In this document: positions 1-9,517 of the stretch, one piece after another | How positions within the stretch are numbered: position 1 is the stretch's first letter | Layout of the letters: the number at the start of each line of letters is the position of its first letter | IMG/VR virus record: IMGVR_UViG_643348549_000020 | Reading direction: 5' to 3' (one strand) | From: a virus | Lineage: Duplodnaviria; Heunggongvirae; Uroviricota; Caudoviricetes | DNA length: 64,000 nucleotides | Position numbers and translations under genes: made by a program | Notes under the pieces: model-generated | What the model saw: only the letters and a program-made list of their open reading frames with translations | Told to the model about the DNA's origin: nothing | Databases searched by the model: none

Positions 1-221
1 ACCCGCAAACCACACATCCCTTTAAAACGCGTAACATACATTGCCTGCGTTTAACTTTCTTTGAACTCTTGCAGAAAAATGAGAATTCGTGAGTACGATC
101 ACTCAAAATCGCCTGGCAAAAATAAAATCACCCTATAAATGCACAAAAAACGGGCAAAACTACCTGGTTCGCAAAACTGCGTCTAAAGTTAAACCGGGAC
201 CTCGCGAGCAAGGGTGAGACG

Positions 222-290
222 ATGGCGCTTTACACAATTGGTGAAGTGGCGTTGCTTTGTGATATTAACCCTGTCACGTTACGCGCGTGA
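222..290 (+). pseudogene. mlrA: 5' fragment of mlrA/yehV-like MerR-family regulator (22 codons then in-frame TGA); host gene interrupted near the prophage boundary
   Basis: Translation of 222-287 is MALYTIGEVALLCDINPVTLRA, matching the MlrA N-terminus as I recall it; the frame stops at 288-290. Confidence 0.45.
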
Positions 291-514
291 CGCAACATTT
301 TTAAAAATCGACGAAGATCGTCCAGGAGCGCCGTTTTTCAAGGGTTGGATAGATGATTCGTTTACCATGTCGATGAACTTCGACGAATTTCGCCGATAAA
401 AAGTGTCCCATACATGCCCCATTGATGCCCCATAAACAATATCAGGAATTGACACTGGTTATCCATACAGATAAAAATAACACCTGTACATAACTACAGT
501 TACAGGAGGGTGTT

Positions 515-763
515 ATGCGTGTTGAGATCTGTATCGCTAAAGAAAAAATCACTAAAATGCCAAACGGTGCTGTGGATGCGTTAAAGGAAGAATTAACCCG
601 ACGCATCAGTAAACGTTATGACGATGTAGAGGTGATCGTAAAAGCCACCAGCAACGATGGCCTTTCTGTTACGCGCACCGCCGATAAAGATTCAGCTAAA
701 ACTTTTGTTCAGGAGACGCTGAAAGATACCTGGGAGTCTGCTGACGAGTGGTTTGTTCGCTAA
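515..763 (+). CDS. DinI-family DNA-damage-inducible protein (82 aa)
   Basis: ORF preceded by aggagg RBS; C-terminal [10 protein letters not shown] motif typical of DinI; usual position at the tail-fibre end of lambdoid prophages. Confidence 0.8.
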   Translation: MRVEICIAKEKITKMPNGAVDALKEELTRRISKRYDDVEVIVKATSNDGLSVTRTADKDSAKTFVQETLKDTWESADEWFVR

Positions 764-1090
764 TAAACACGTAAATCGGTAACGGCTGGAAATCATTCAA
801 TACTCGCACTATCGAAAGTTCACCAGCCAACCGCGACACGCTCTTACATACGAAGTGCCGCGCTTTCCTTAATAATTTTTTAGCAGTACTGTGTAAATAA
901 TGAGCGACCTAATCCATGCATGACGCGTAGTGCCTATTGTGCATCTTTCTGCGTCTCTTTTTACTGGACCCAAGCCAATGATGCTGGCGATACCATTCCC
1001 GCCAGGCCCACTTACAACAGTAAAATTCGGAGCTCTGCCTTTACATACAATACAATCTACCTAACAAATATCCCCCGGACATTGCAACAC

Positions 1091-1116
1091 AAAAACCGGA
1101 GCCGGACTCCGGTTTT
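1091..1116. terminator. GC-rich palindromic hairpin flanked by A-run and T-run (bidirectional intrinsic terminator) at the end of the late operon
   Basis: aaaaaccggagccggactccggtttt seen directly; same element in copy Y at 46661-46686. Confidence 0.55.
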
Positions 1117-1130
1117 GTGAAGCTGTCGGG

Positions 1131-1400
1131 TTACTTCATCCCGCCAATATTTTCCCACGTCCCGTCAGCACGCAGGATTTGCAGCGGTCTTACCACGCAC
1201 TGTATCTGCTTTTTATCCGCATCCAGTATCACCACCTGCGTGATTACCCTGTCCTGCTCCGGGATAATGCCATTCTCATCTGACTCCAGGATGTCTGCCG
1301 GTCCCAGTCGCAGCTGTGCTGTAGGCGACTGCACGTGTTCACGGCCATCATGCTTTCCGCAACCACACAGACACTGCATAAGTTTTTTTAGTATATTCAT
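1131..1400 (-). CDS. Small protein (89 aa from internal ATG at 1400) paralogous to the C-terminal domain of the adjacent tail fibre; possible fibre accessory protein
   Basis: RBS aggaga upstream of ATG; shares the RLGPA-I-E-NG-P motif block with the tail-fibre C-terminus. Confidence 0.5.
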   Translation of the reverse strand: MNILKKLMQCLCGCGKHDGREHVQSPTAQLRLGPADILESDENGIIPEQDRVITQVVILDADKKQIQCVVRPLQILRADGTWENIGGMK

Positions 1401-1401
1401 G

Positions 1402-2715
1402 TCATTCTCCTGTTCTGCCTGTATCACTGCCCACTTCATCCAGCCCCTTAACATCCTGCCACGGCCCGTCACCAAACCTGACCTGCAAATGCCGAAACAG
1501 CCCCTGAACCTGTGTGGCATCTTTGGGGTCAAGAAAGGTCAGTCCGGTGATGAGTGCGCCATCTGTATCCGGGAACCAGCCATTGCTGTTTGTCTCAATA
1601 ATGCTCGCCGGCCCCAGACGAAAACGGATTTGTGCCTCCCCCGGGTCGCCCTTCGGTCCCTGAGGTCCGGTTGCCCCCACCGGGCCAGCCGCACCTGTTT
1701 CTCCTTTCGGTCCCTGTGGGCCTGCCGGGCCTGCCGCACCGGTATCTCCCTTTGGACCCTGTGGACCTGCATTTCCCGTCAGACCGGTCTCTCCCCGCTC
1801 TCCCCTGTCACCTTTCGGCCCCTGCGGGCCTGCCGGACCAGCATCACCTGCCGGTCCCCGTTCGCCGGTTGCCCCGACAGGGCCGGTGTCACCGCGCTCT
1901 CCCTTATCACCCTTCGGCCCCTGAGGACCCGCGGGCCCCTGTTCCCCCTTTGGCCCGGGAGGTCCCACCACGGTGGGGATTCGGTTTACGGCCTCTTCCG
2001 CCGCTATCCTGCTTTGTTCCGCTGACTGTGCGCTTTCTGCTGACTCCCGGGCTTTTTCTGTTGCGGTCGTTGCATCCCTGGCTGCATTACCGGCTGCACT
2101 TTCTGCCGTCTTTCTTGACAATTCAGCTTCTGCTGCACTTTGTGATGACTCACTGGCTTTTTGAGCGGCCGCAGAAGCCGAGGACGAGGACGCATCCTCT
2201 GACTGCTTTGCAGCGGCTGCACTTTCTGCCGCCTGCCGGGCTGACTCCAATGCATCCCCTGCTGAAGTGTCAGCATTTGCCGCGCTCGCTTCCGCCTTAC
2301 TGGATGATATGCCGGCATTCCTCGCTGATGTCTCCGCCTCTCCGGCATTCTTCTTCGCCTCCTCAGCGTGACGCGCCGCTTCTTCCACCATCAGTTCAAA
2401 ACGACGCAGTGCCTCCGGCCGGACGTCATCCTCCGACATGGCACCGAGAAAATCATTCAGCGTCCCCGGTTGAGAATCTTCATACACGGTGATGGTCCCG
2501 GCATGTGACGGCGGGAAGCCCTCCACCAACAGAATGACGCTGTACTGACCGTACTCAACGTCCATGCTGTAACGACCGGCTTCATCCGGATTTTCAGAGG
2601 CCACCGTGTTCACCACCACCGTGGCGCTGTTACGTCTGGCTTTCAGTTGAATGGTGCAGTTCTCTACCGGTTTTCCTGTGCCGTCTTTCAGTACACCTGA
2701 AATCTTTACTGCCAT
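1402..2715 (-). CDS. Phage tail fibre with long collagen-like Gly-X-Y repeat region (437 aa)
   Basis: About 35 consecutive G-x-x triplets ([29 protein letters not shown]...) after an Ala/Glu/Ser-rich coiled-coil segment; position downstream of lom and J. Confidence 0.85.
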   Translation of the reverse strand: MAVKISGVLKDGTGKPVENCTIQLKARRNSATVVVNTVASENPDEAGRYSMDVEYGQYSVILLVEGFPPSHAGTITVYEDSQPGTLNDFLGAMSEDDVRPEALRRFELMVEEAARHAEEAKKNAGEAETSARNAGISSSKAEASAANADTSAGDALESARQAAESAAAAKQSEDASSSSASAAAQKASESSQSAAEAELSRKTAESAAGNAARDATTATEKARESAESAQSAEQSRIAAEEAVNRIPTVVGPPGPKGEQGPAGPQGPKGDKGERGDTGPVGATGERGPAGDAGPAGPQGPKGDRGERGETGLTGNAGPQGPKGDTGAAGPAGPQGPKGETGAAGPVGATGPQGPKGDPGEAQIRFRLGPASIIETNSNGWFPDTDGALITGLTFLDPKDATQVQGLFRHLQVRFGDGPWQDVKGLDEVGSDTGRTGE

Positions 2716-2779
2716 ATTCCCCCCACAAAAAAGCCCGCCTGAACCGGCGGGCTGTCATAACACTGTGTTACCTGGCTAA

Positions 2780-3379
2780 TCAGAATTTATAACCGACACC
2801 CACGATGAAACCGTCAGTGCGCCAGTCGCCACTGCCGGAGCCTTCATAAGCAATATCAATGGCCACGGATTCGGTCGGGTTAAACTGCACGCCAGCTCCC
2901 CACGCCAGAGACGTGTTGCTGTGGCGACCGTCATCACTTCCGGTCAGCACATCGTGCGTTTTCCCCTTGTTGTCAGTTACGCGGAGATAATCCCCGTAGA
3001 AAGTCGACACACGGCTGTAAGCCACACCCGCCATCGCATACGCGCTGAACCATTCATTCACGCGTACAGACGGCCCCGCCATCACGCTGAACCAGCGGTT
3101 ACGCACGGAATCTTCATGCCAGCGGGTATCGCTGTAGCGCGTTTTTTGCTCATCCTCAGCATTGGCATAACTGAAGGACGTAATCAGCCCCAGCGCGTCC
3201 ATAAACTCATAACGGTATTTCACGTTAATCCCGTTCAGATCATCACTACCGGGAACGTTCGTCGAGGCATGGAGATACCCCGCGCTCAGCGTGGACTGAT
3301 GTTCTGCTGCACTCGCTGGCGTAGCAGCGGCGACCTGCCAGACTACTGCGGACAAAATAACAGCACATAATTTACGCAT
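2780..3379 (-). CDS. lom: Lom-family outer-membrane beta-barrel protein (199 aa)
   Basis: Signal peptide plus C-terminal ...GFIVGVGYKF; near-identical to lambda Lom as recalled. Confidence 0.85.
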   Translation of the reverse strand: MRKLCAVILSAVVWQVAAATPASAAEHQSTLSAGYLHASTNVPGSDDLNGINVKYRYEFMDALGLITSFSYANAEDEQKTRYSDTRWHEDSVRNRWFSVMAGPSVRVNEWFSAYAMAGVAYSRVSTFYGDYLRVTDNKGKTHDVLTGSDDGRHSNTSLAWGAGVQFNPTESVAIDIAYEGSGSGDWRTDGFIVGVGYKF

Positions 3380-3446
3380 AATTACCTCTCGCTTTTCTGC
3401 AATAAAAAAGGCGCCATTTCTGGCGCCCGTATCTGGGTTATAAAAT

Positions 3447-6400
3447 TCAGCTAATCGTGATGCCTGCAGTGGCTTTCTTCATCACCACAACCAGCAAATC
3501 GCTGATACTTGCTGTGGGATACCAGTTATTTACCAGCCATGCTGACACCGAAAACTCCAGTGTCATGTGACCGTGACCGGCAGGCATATCAATAACACCA
3601 CTGTAAATCAGCGTATTATCCAGCGCGGTACGGTTATAAATTTCAGCACCGTTTTTCCGCACTATCAGACGGCATGAGGAGTAAATATCAGTATGCTCTT
3701 TCTCATGTTTAGCGCCGCTGAATGCCACCGCCGGAATAACAATCTGCCGGTCAAACGGCTGATCGTCATAAACCCTGACGGTAATGGTTCCTGATGGCCA
3801 CCGCTCCGGTGCACGGGAGTCCCGGGGGAAAGCTTTGCCCACTGTTTTAACGAGATCGCCTTCAATCTGGTTCGCGGACAATTTTCCCAGAACCCGACAG
3901 TTCTCGTTAATCGTGACGTTGTTGAGCGTCCCGGAGTTCGCATTCACGTTACCGCTGATATCGGCATTTTTCGCCGTCAGCCGCCCGTCCGGTGTCAGGG
4001 AAAATGCCGGAGGATTACCGCCGCTGGTAATGGTGGGAGCCGTCAGATATTTCAGGAACACTTCATTCATAAATATCTGATCGCCCTGACCAACAAACAT
4101 CGGCTTTGTGTTGCCATTCGCAGGATTAATCATCGCAATCCTGTCTGCCGCCAGCAGCACCTGACTCTGCATTCCTGCTGGCGTATTCTCAATACCGGCA
4201 CCGATACCCGCAATATAAAGGCGTCCGTCCTGCATCTGCTGCAGTTTCACGGCCCACATGCTGTTCAGGTTATTATTTGTATCAACCTGAACTTTCTGTA
4301 TCTGCTGGATTGCCGCACTCTGATTTTCCAGTTTTTTATTGACGGTCTGCGTGATTTCATTGCTGACATTCGTAATGGACGTCCTGATTTCAGCCAGGTC
4401 CGGCGCAAGCTGACCGTTATCAATCTGCGTCCACAGCTCCTGGGCCAGATGTGTTTTCCCGATTTCTCCTTTGAAAAAATCCAGGTAACCTTCCGCATCA
4501 TCGCTCGCCCGACCGACAGCCTCCACGAATGCCGATTTGCCAACAGTATTCACACTGCGGATATAAAAATAATAATCATGGCCCGGTTTGATATTGATAC
4601 TGGCAGCTATCCAGTACAGCGCCGAGCCAAGATAGCGGGCTGCGGTTTCAACCTGCCTGATATCCGCAATCCGCTTTTCCGAAAACCAGAACTCAAACTG
4701 TACCGTCGGGTCATAAACGGCAAGATGCGGCGTGGCGGTTATCTGAAAATAGCCCGGCGTCAGCTCAATCCGCGACGGTGCTGCCGGTGCGGCAATCCGG
4801 AAGGTGGTGGTGGCAGGTTCACCCTGCTGGCCATAGCTGTTTATCGCCCGCACCGTCAGGGTGTATTCCCCGAGCGGCAGGCCGCTGAAACGGTGCTCCG
4901 TGTCTGCGGTGATGGCGGTGGTCACCAGTCTGGCATCCGTTCCCTTACCACTGGTCAGGCGCAGACTGAAGCGCACGCCCTTCACCACCCGCGGCGTGTC
5001 CCATTTCGCCTGTGCCAGATACTGACCGTCAGCCGCGCTCACCTCCACCGTCAGGTGCTGCACAGCCGGCGGGATGACGCTGTTCAGCGAACCGGACAGT
5101 GGCTCAAAGCTGGCCCCGTTATCCACAATGGCTTCTTTTTCCGGTACGTGCTGCACTGCCGTGATGGCAAAGGTGCCGTCCGTGTTTTCCCGGATGGAGA
5201 CACAGCGGAACAGGCGACGACGCAGTGACGGCAGGGAGAGTCCCCATACACCGTATGTCTCCACGCCATCCGGCAGGGTGCTGACCTGTATCCGGTCCGG
5301 CGCGGGGTGTGCAGTGATGGCCACGCTCACCGGCTTACCGCTGCCGTTAATCAGGTTCACCGTCGGTGTACCTGTCTCCGGCAGGGTCACCTCACGGTCC
5401 AGTGTCAGGGTGCGGCTGGCGGCATCGATGGACAGGACACGTCCGCCGGTCATGGTCCCGGCATAGTCGTTATCACAGATTTCAATAATGTCACCGGGTG
5501 TGTGACGCAGCCCCTGAGACCCGAGCGTGAAATCCACCGTCTGCGTTTCCAGCAGTCCGGTCTTTATCACCCACAGCCCGGCACGGTGGGCCTGACCGCG
5601 ACTGGTGCAGCCGAACGCATCCATCTTCAGCAGGTTGCGCCCGTAGCGCAGTATGGCTTCCGGGTCTTCCACCAGTTCCGTGGAGGTCTGCCAGCCGTTC
5701 TGCGGGTCGGTGTAATTCACCTCCACCGCCGTGTGGCGGTCCTTCAGGGCGCTGAAGCTGTAGCGAAACCCCACGCCGTTATCATCCACCACCACATCAC
5801 TGCTGGTGTAGGGCCACACCACATCTGACGGACGGTCCTGCACAAACGTCAGCGTCTGCCCGTTCCATACCGGCATACAGCGCATCGCCGAGCAGAAATC
5901 ACTGAGAACGTCCCACGCCTTACGCTGTTGTGACAGGTACGCATTGAAAGTCATCCGCGGCTCTGTGCCCCCGAAACCATCCGGGACCGTCTGGTCGCAG
6001 TACTGCGCAATGGCATACAGCGCCCACTTGTCCACATCCGCCGCCCCCAGGCGTTTTCCCATTCCGTAGCGCGGGTGGGTCAGCATGTCCCACAGGCACC
6101 AGGCAGGGTTGTTGCTGTATGCCGGTTTCAGGCTGCCGTCCCAGATGCCGCTGTACGTGCGTTTTTCCGGGTCATAGTTTGACGGCACCTGGATGATGCG
6201 ACCGCGGATATGGTAGTTCACCGTCATCTGCTGACCGCCAAACTGCTCCGCATCCACCTGCAGCCCCACAATGGCCGTGTTCGGGTAGCACTGTTTCACA
6301 TCGATGATTTCGGTGTATGACGACCACAGCGTTCTGTTCTGCAGCTGGTCCGTGGTGCTGTCCGCCGTCTCCCTGACCATCCGGATGTTAAAGGGCCGGG

Positions 6401-6920
6401 GCGGCAGATTATCCAGAATCACCGACGCCAGGAACTGCGAGGTGGTCTTGCCGTTAATGGTGACATCCTTTTCCGTCACCCAGTTACCGTTACGCTGCAG
6501 CTGAATCAGCAGGCGGACGGATGCCGGGTTACGGTCACCCTGTGAGGTGGTCTGCACCAGTGACTGCACCCCGAAGGTAACCCGCAGGCGGTCAATGTTC
6601 GCGGACGTAATGGTGCGCGTCACCGGCTTTGCCTTCGTCACTTCCACGCCCAGTGCGGTTTCAGAGCCGGATGACTCAAAACCTTCCGGCGGTGTCTGCT
6701 CCTGCTCCCCGGCGCGCCAGACCGCGGTCACACCGTGTATCACGGGATTGCCGTCCGTGTCCGTCAGTGGGGTTTTGTTCACCAGAATACTCTGCAGCCC
6801 CTTCACCGGACCTTCAATCGGCCCTTCACCAATGGCGTCAATCACGCTCATCATCTGCGTGGACTTAAGATTGTCCTTTGCCTCTACCGGCGTGTGCCCC
6901 TTGCCGCCCCCTTTACCCAC
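3447..6920 (-). CDS. J: Tail tip / host-specificity protein J
   Basis: Colinear with lambda J over about 1150 aa; probable GTG start at 6920 ([11 protein letters not shown]...); longest ORF extends to 6971. Confidence 0.9.
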   Translation of the reverse strand: MGKGGGKGHTPVEAKDNLKSTQMMSVIDAIGEGPIEGPVKGLQSILVNKTPLTDTDGNPVIHGVTAVWRAGEQEQTPPEGFESSGSETALGVEVTKAKPVTRTITSANIDRLRVTFGVQSLVQTTSQGDRNPASVRLLIQLQRNGNWVTEKDVTINGKTTSQFLASVILDNLPPRPFNIRMVRETADSTTDQLQNRTLWSSYTEIIDVKQCYPNTAIVGLQVDAEQFGGQQMTVNYHIRGRIIQVPSNYDPEKRTYSGIWDGSLKPAYSNNPAWCLWDMLTHPRYGMGKRLGAADVDKWALYAIAQYCDQTVPDGFGGTEPRMTFNAYLSQQRKAWDVLSDFCSAMRCMPVWNGQTLTFVQDRPSDVVWPYTSSDVVVDDNGVGFRYSFSALKDRHTAVEVNYTDPQNGWQTSTELVEDPEAILRYGRNLLKMDAFGCTSRGQAHRAGLWVIKTGLLETQTVDFTLGSQGLRHTPGDIIEICDNDYAGTMTGGRVLSIDAASRTLTLDREVTLPETGTPTVNLINGSGKPVSVAITAHPAPDRIQVSTLPDGVETYGVWGLSLPSLRRRLFRCVSIRENTDGTFAITAVQHVPEKEAIVDNGASFEPLSGSLNSVIPPAVQHLTVEVSAADGQYLAQAKWDTPRVVKGVRFSLRLTSGKGTDARLVTTAITADTEHRFSGLPLGEYTLTVRAINSYGQQGEPATTTFRIAAPAAPSRIELTPGYFQITATPHLAVYDPTVQFEFWFSEKRIADIRQVETAARYLGSALYWIAASINIKPGHDYYFYIRSVNTVGKSAFVEAVGRASDDAEGYLDFFKGEIGKTHLAQELWTQIDNGQLAPDLAEIRTSITNVSNEITQTVNKKLENQSAAIQQIQKVQVDTNNNLNSMWAVKLQQMQDGRLYIAGIGAGIENTPAGMQSQVLLAADRIAMINPANGNTKPMFVGQGDQIFMNEVFLKYLTAPTITSGGNPPAFSLTPDGRLTAKNADISGNVNANSGTLNNVTINENCRVLGKLSANQIEGDLVKTVGKAFPRDSRAPERWPSGTITVRVYDDQPFDRQIVIPAVAFSGAKHEKEHTDIYSSCRLIVRKNGAEIYNRTALDNTLIYSGVIDMPAGHGHMTLEFSVSAWLVNNWYPTASISDLLVVVMKKATAGITIS

Positions 6921-7160
6921 TCTGTCCCCCTCTCCTGTCTGATGTCTGAATCTGTTTATGCCAGAAAACAACAGGCACCCCGGAGGGTGCCTGTGTCATG
7001 ACGGAATAAAATTTCTGAAACTCTTCACATTTCCGGCAATTGCCTGTAGCCGCAATAATGACGCTGCATTACTTTTTTGATGCCTGAAAAATAACTCCAT
7101 AACGTTAATCTTCATCGTTCTCTCCCGCAGCTCCGCTAACTCTGCGGGATTTTTTTATTT

Positions 7161-7838
7161 TCATCCCCGCCCGATAACCACCACTTTCCCGTCTCCGCCC
7201 TCATCACGGGTGCTGATGTCCTGGGATATCCGTCGTGAACCAACCAGCATTTCACCATAAGGCACCGGCATCGGGTTCCCCTGGGCAATCATGTTATCCA
7301 GTGACGAAAAATACGTGTTCTGTTTACCGTTATCCGTCGCCCTGTACTCCGGTGTTTTTGCCTTCGGTGCCAGCATCTGGGCCACACCGCCCAGTATCAT
7401 GCTGGCACCCAGTGAGAACAGCATCGTGGTGGCAGTCAGCCCTCCGGCACTCAGGGCTGCGCCCCACAACGCCATCGTTGCGCCGGCGGTGAAGAAAGAG
7501 CCCACGATGGCTGCTGCCCCCAGCACAATCTGCAGTCCGCCCTTTCCGGCTCCGGCCAGTCGCGGCACAATATGGATGACCGCCCCCTCACCCAGAGGTT
7601 CGTGAAGACGGGCGTACACCGCCTCCGGTGCCGTGTCCTCACCGCGAATACGTATCTGGTACCAGCCTTCGTTCATCTGACGGCGGAATCCCGGCATCTG
7701 CAGCGACAGGGCACGGATGGCTTCCGCTGCCGTGTTCACGTACAGGCTGAGGCGGCGGCCAAATCGTTGCAAATCCCCGTGAAGGCAGATGCGTGCCAGT
7801 GGCGGTGACGCCAGACAGAATGCGTTCGTCGTTGCCAT
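7161..7838 (-). CDS. I: Tail assembly protein I
   Basis: MATTNAFCLASP...ARICLHGDLQRFGRR matches the lambda gpI N-terminus; glycine-rich C-terminal half. Confidence 0.85.
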   Translation of the reverse strand: MATTNAFCLASPPLARICLHGDLQRFGRRLSLYVNTAAEAIRALSLQMPGFRRQMNEGWYQIRIRGEDTAPEAVYARLHEPLGEGAVIHIVPRLAGAGKGGLQIVLGAAAIVGSFFTAGATMALWGAALSAGGLTATTMLFSLGASMILGGVAQMLAPKAKTPEYRATDNGKQNTYFSSLDNMIAQGNPMPVPYGEMLVGSRRISQDISTRDEGGDGKVVVIGRG

Positions 7839-8479
7839 TTTTCAGAATACCTCTCCCGTTTACTCAGTTGTTCAGGCAGATGGTGAAGCAGTTCACCGTT
7901 GCCGCAGTATATGGCGGCATGATTGGCCACCGATGCGCCAAAGCAGCACAGCAGGATATCGCCCGCCTGTGCAGAGGACAGGGGCACCCGGTAAAAACCA
8001 GTCGCCGCCATATTGTCCAGGTAAAGGTTCTGACCGTTGCGCCACCAGTCATCCTCACGCTCAAAATCCGGCAGCGTTATCCCCGCCAGATGGTATGCAT
8101 CCCGGAACAGGGTGTAACAGTCCGTCACCCCGTGCTCAAAACGACGCCCGGTCAGGTGCGGCACACAGCGGAATTTATGAATTTCCCCCCGGCAGACCAG
8201 CCACCAGGGCAGGGCACTCTTTATCTGCAGCCGCCGGTCGGCCTCGCTCAGCCAGGGCAGACCACCAGGGTGGCTGTGAACCAGCGCCACAATCTCCCCC
8301 TGCATCTCTGCCTGCAGCCAGTCTTCCGGCGCAATACGAAAATACGCCTCCGGCTCTGCGGAGATATTCACGCAGGGCTGGTACCGTTCGCCCTCCGGGG
8401 TGCCTATCACGAAGCCGCACGACTCCGCAGGCGCACACCGCCGGGCATGCACCAGAATCGCTGATTCAGTCTGTGTCAT
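7736..8479 (-). CDS. K: Tail assembly protein K (NlpC/P60 and JAB-type domains), start at internal ATG 8479
   Basis: MTQTESAILVHARRCAPAESCGFVIG... typical gpK start; gene order between L and I. Confidence 0.8.
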   Translation of the reverse strand: MTQTESAILVHARRCAPAESCGFVIGTPEGERYQPCVNISAEPEAYFRIAPEDWLQAEMQGEIVALVHSHPGGLPWLSEADRRLQIKSALPWWLVCRGEIHKFRCVPHLTGRRFEHGVTDCYTLFRDAYHLAGITLPDFEREDDWWRNGQNLYLDNMAATGFYRVPLSSAQAGDILLCCFGASVANHAAIYCGNGELLHHLPEQLSKRERYSEKWQRRTHSVWRHRHWHASAFTGICNDLAAASACT

Positions 8480-8489
8480 AAAACAGGAT

Positions 8490-9188
8490 TTACTGCGAAA
8501 GTTTATTGATGGAAAGGAAACCGCCAAAATTAGCCACCATGCCGCGCATCTCACACCCGCGCATGCACTTGCTGCATCTGTCCTTACGGATATCCGTGGT
8601 GGGGTTGTCGAACTCATCCGCCACCGCAGGACCGTTATACCCGCATTCATCTCCCCGGTAATCCCACATACAGGTATTCGCCAGCATAATGCGACCGGGA
8701 AACAGCGCTCCGTCCGTCTCCGTCGGTGTTGCCAGCACAAACGAGGCTGTCATGGCCGTCAGCTCTGACATCTGCTCCACCACCCAGCGGTCGCTCAGCT
8801 CCTGCTCCGGGTCCGCTTCCGGATTGCCCGCCACAAAATTCACCGCATCCAGAAAACGGGCATACACCCGGCGGCGGACCACCGTGGCCCCCACCAGGCT
8901 CTGCAGGTCCTCCGCCATTCCGGTGACCAGACCGAACAGATTCGACACCGTCAGCGACGGGCGGGCACTGCTGCCCTTCCCGTTCATCTCAAAACCGCTG
9001 CCGTCAATCGGGTATGCCTGATATTCCCGCCCCTGCCAGGTAACCGCCTCCCCTTTTTCATTCAGCTCATTGCAGAAAAAATACCGCTCACCACCCTGCA
9101 CCGTCAGGTCGATTTCCCAGAGCACCACCCGCGGTGACTGCTCCGATTTAACCGACTCGATCAGGCTTTCCCCGTGAATATCCTGCAT
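8490..9188 (-). CDS. L: Minor tail protein L
   Basis: Position and lambda gpL-like sequence (MQDIHGESLIESVK...). Confidence 0.85.
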   Translation of the reverse strand: MQDIHGESLIESVKSEQSPRVVLWEIDLTVQGGERYFFCNELNEKGEAVTWQGREYQAYPIDGSGFEMNGKGSSARPSLTVSNLFGLVTGMAEDLQSLVGATVVRRRVYARFLDAVNFVAGNPEADPEQELSDRWVVEQMSELTAMTASFVLATPTETDGALFPGRIMLANTCMWDYRGDECGYNGPAVADEFDNPTTDIRKDRCSKCMRGCEMRGMVANFGGFLSINKLSQ

Positions 9189-9517
9189 CAGTTCACCACC
9201 TGCTTAAACTCCGCGCTGAACTCAACGCGCAACATCCCGACCCGCGCAGACCACCCGGCACAGGTCACCTTTATCTGCCGGTATGCATAGGGTGGCTTCC
9301 ACAAAAATGCCTTCCAGCCTCCGTGCTCTGCCAGGAATGCCTCCAGATGTCGGGCCTCCTCCCGGGTCACGGAAAGCGTCACACGGTATGTTTTCAGGTC
9401 AGCATTCAGCCCCGCCGCCATACGCTGCGAATACCCGTCACCAAAACGCACTTCACGCACCGATGGCTGCGAGTTCACCTCCATATCCGGCTTCACTTTC
9501 CAGCGAAATGTTTTCAT
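9188..9517 (-). CDS. M: Minor tail protein M
   Basis: 109-aa ORF between H and L, lambda gpM-like. Confidence 0.85.
   Translation of the reverse strand: MKTFRWKVKPDMEVNSQPSVREVRFGDGYSQRMAAGLNADLKTYRVTLSVTREEARHLEAFLAEHGGWKAFLWKPPYAYRQIKVTCAGWSARVGMLRVEFSAEFKQVVN

Noticed and set aside
214-399. 61-aa ORF overlapping the mlrA fragment in another frame
   Set aside because: It spans the interruption point in a different frame from the MlrA-matching codons and has no independent support; similarity of its downstream part to MlrA is too weak to claim.
1117-2492. Long plus-strand ORFs (302 aa and 286 aa, proline-rich) overlapping the tail-fibre gene; same in copy Y at 46806-48058
   Set aside because: They are the reverse-strand reading of the GC-rich collagen-like repeat; the minus-strand fibre gene has the coherent protein architecture and gene context.
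4449-5828. Plus-strand ORFs of 130-259 aa antisense to J; similar ORFs antisense to H, K and the capsid gene
   Set aside because: No RBS or context, Arg/Cys/His-rich composition typical of antisense frames of GC-rich genes; both prophages are transcribed on the minus strand here.
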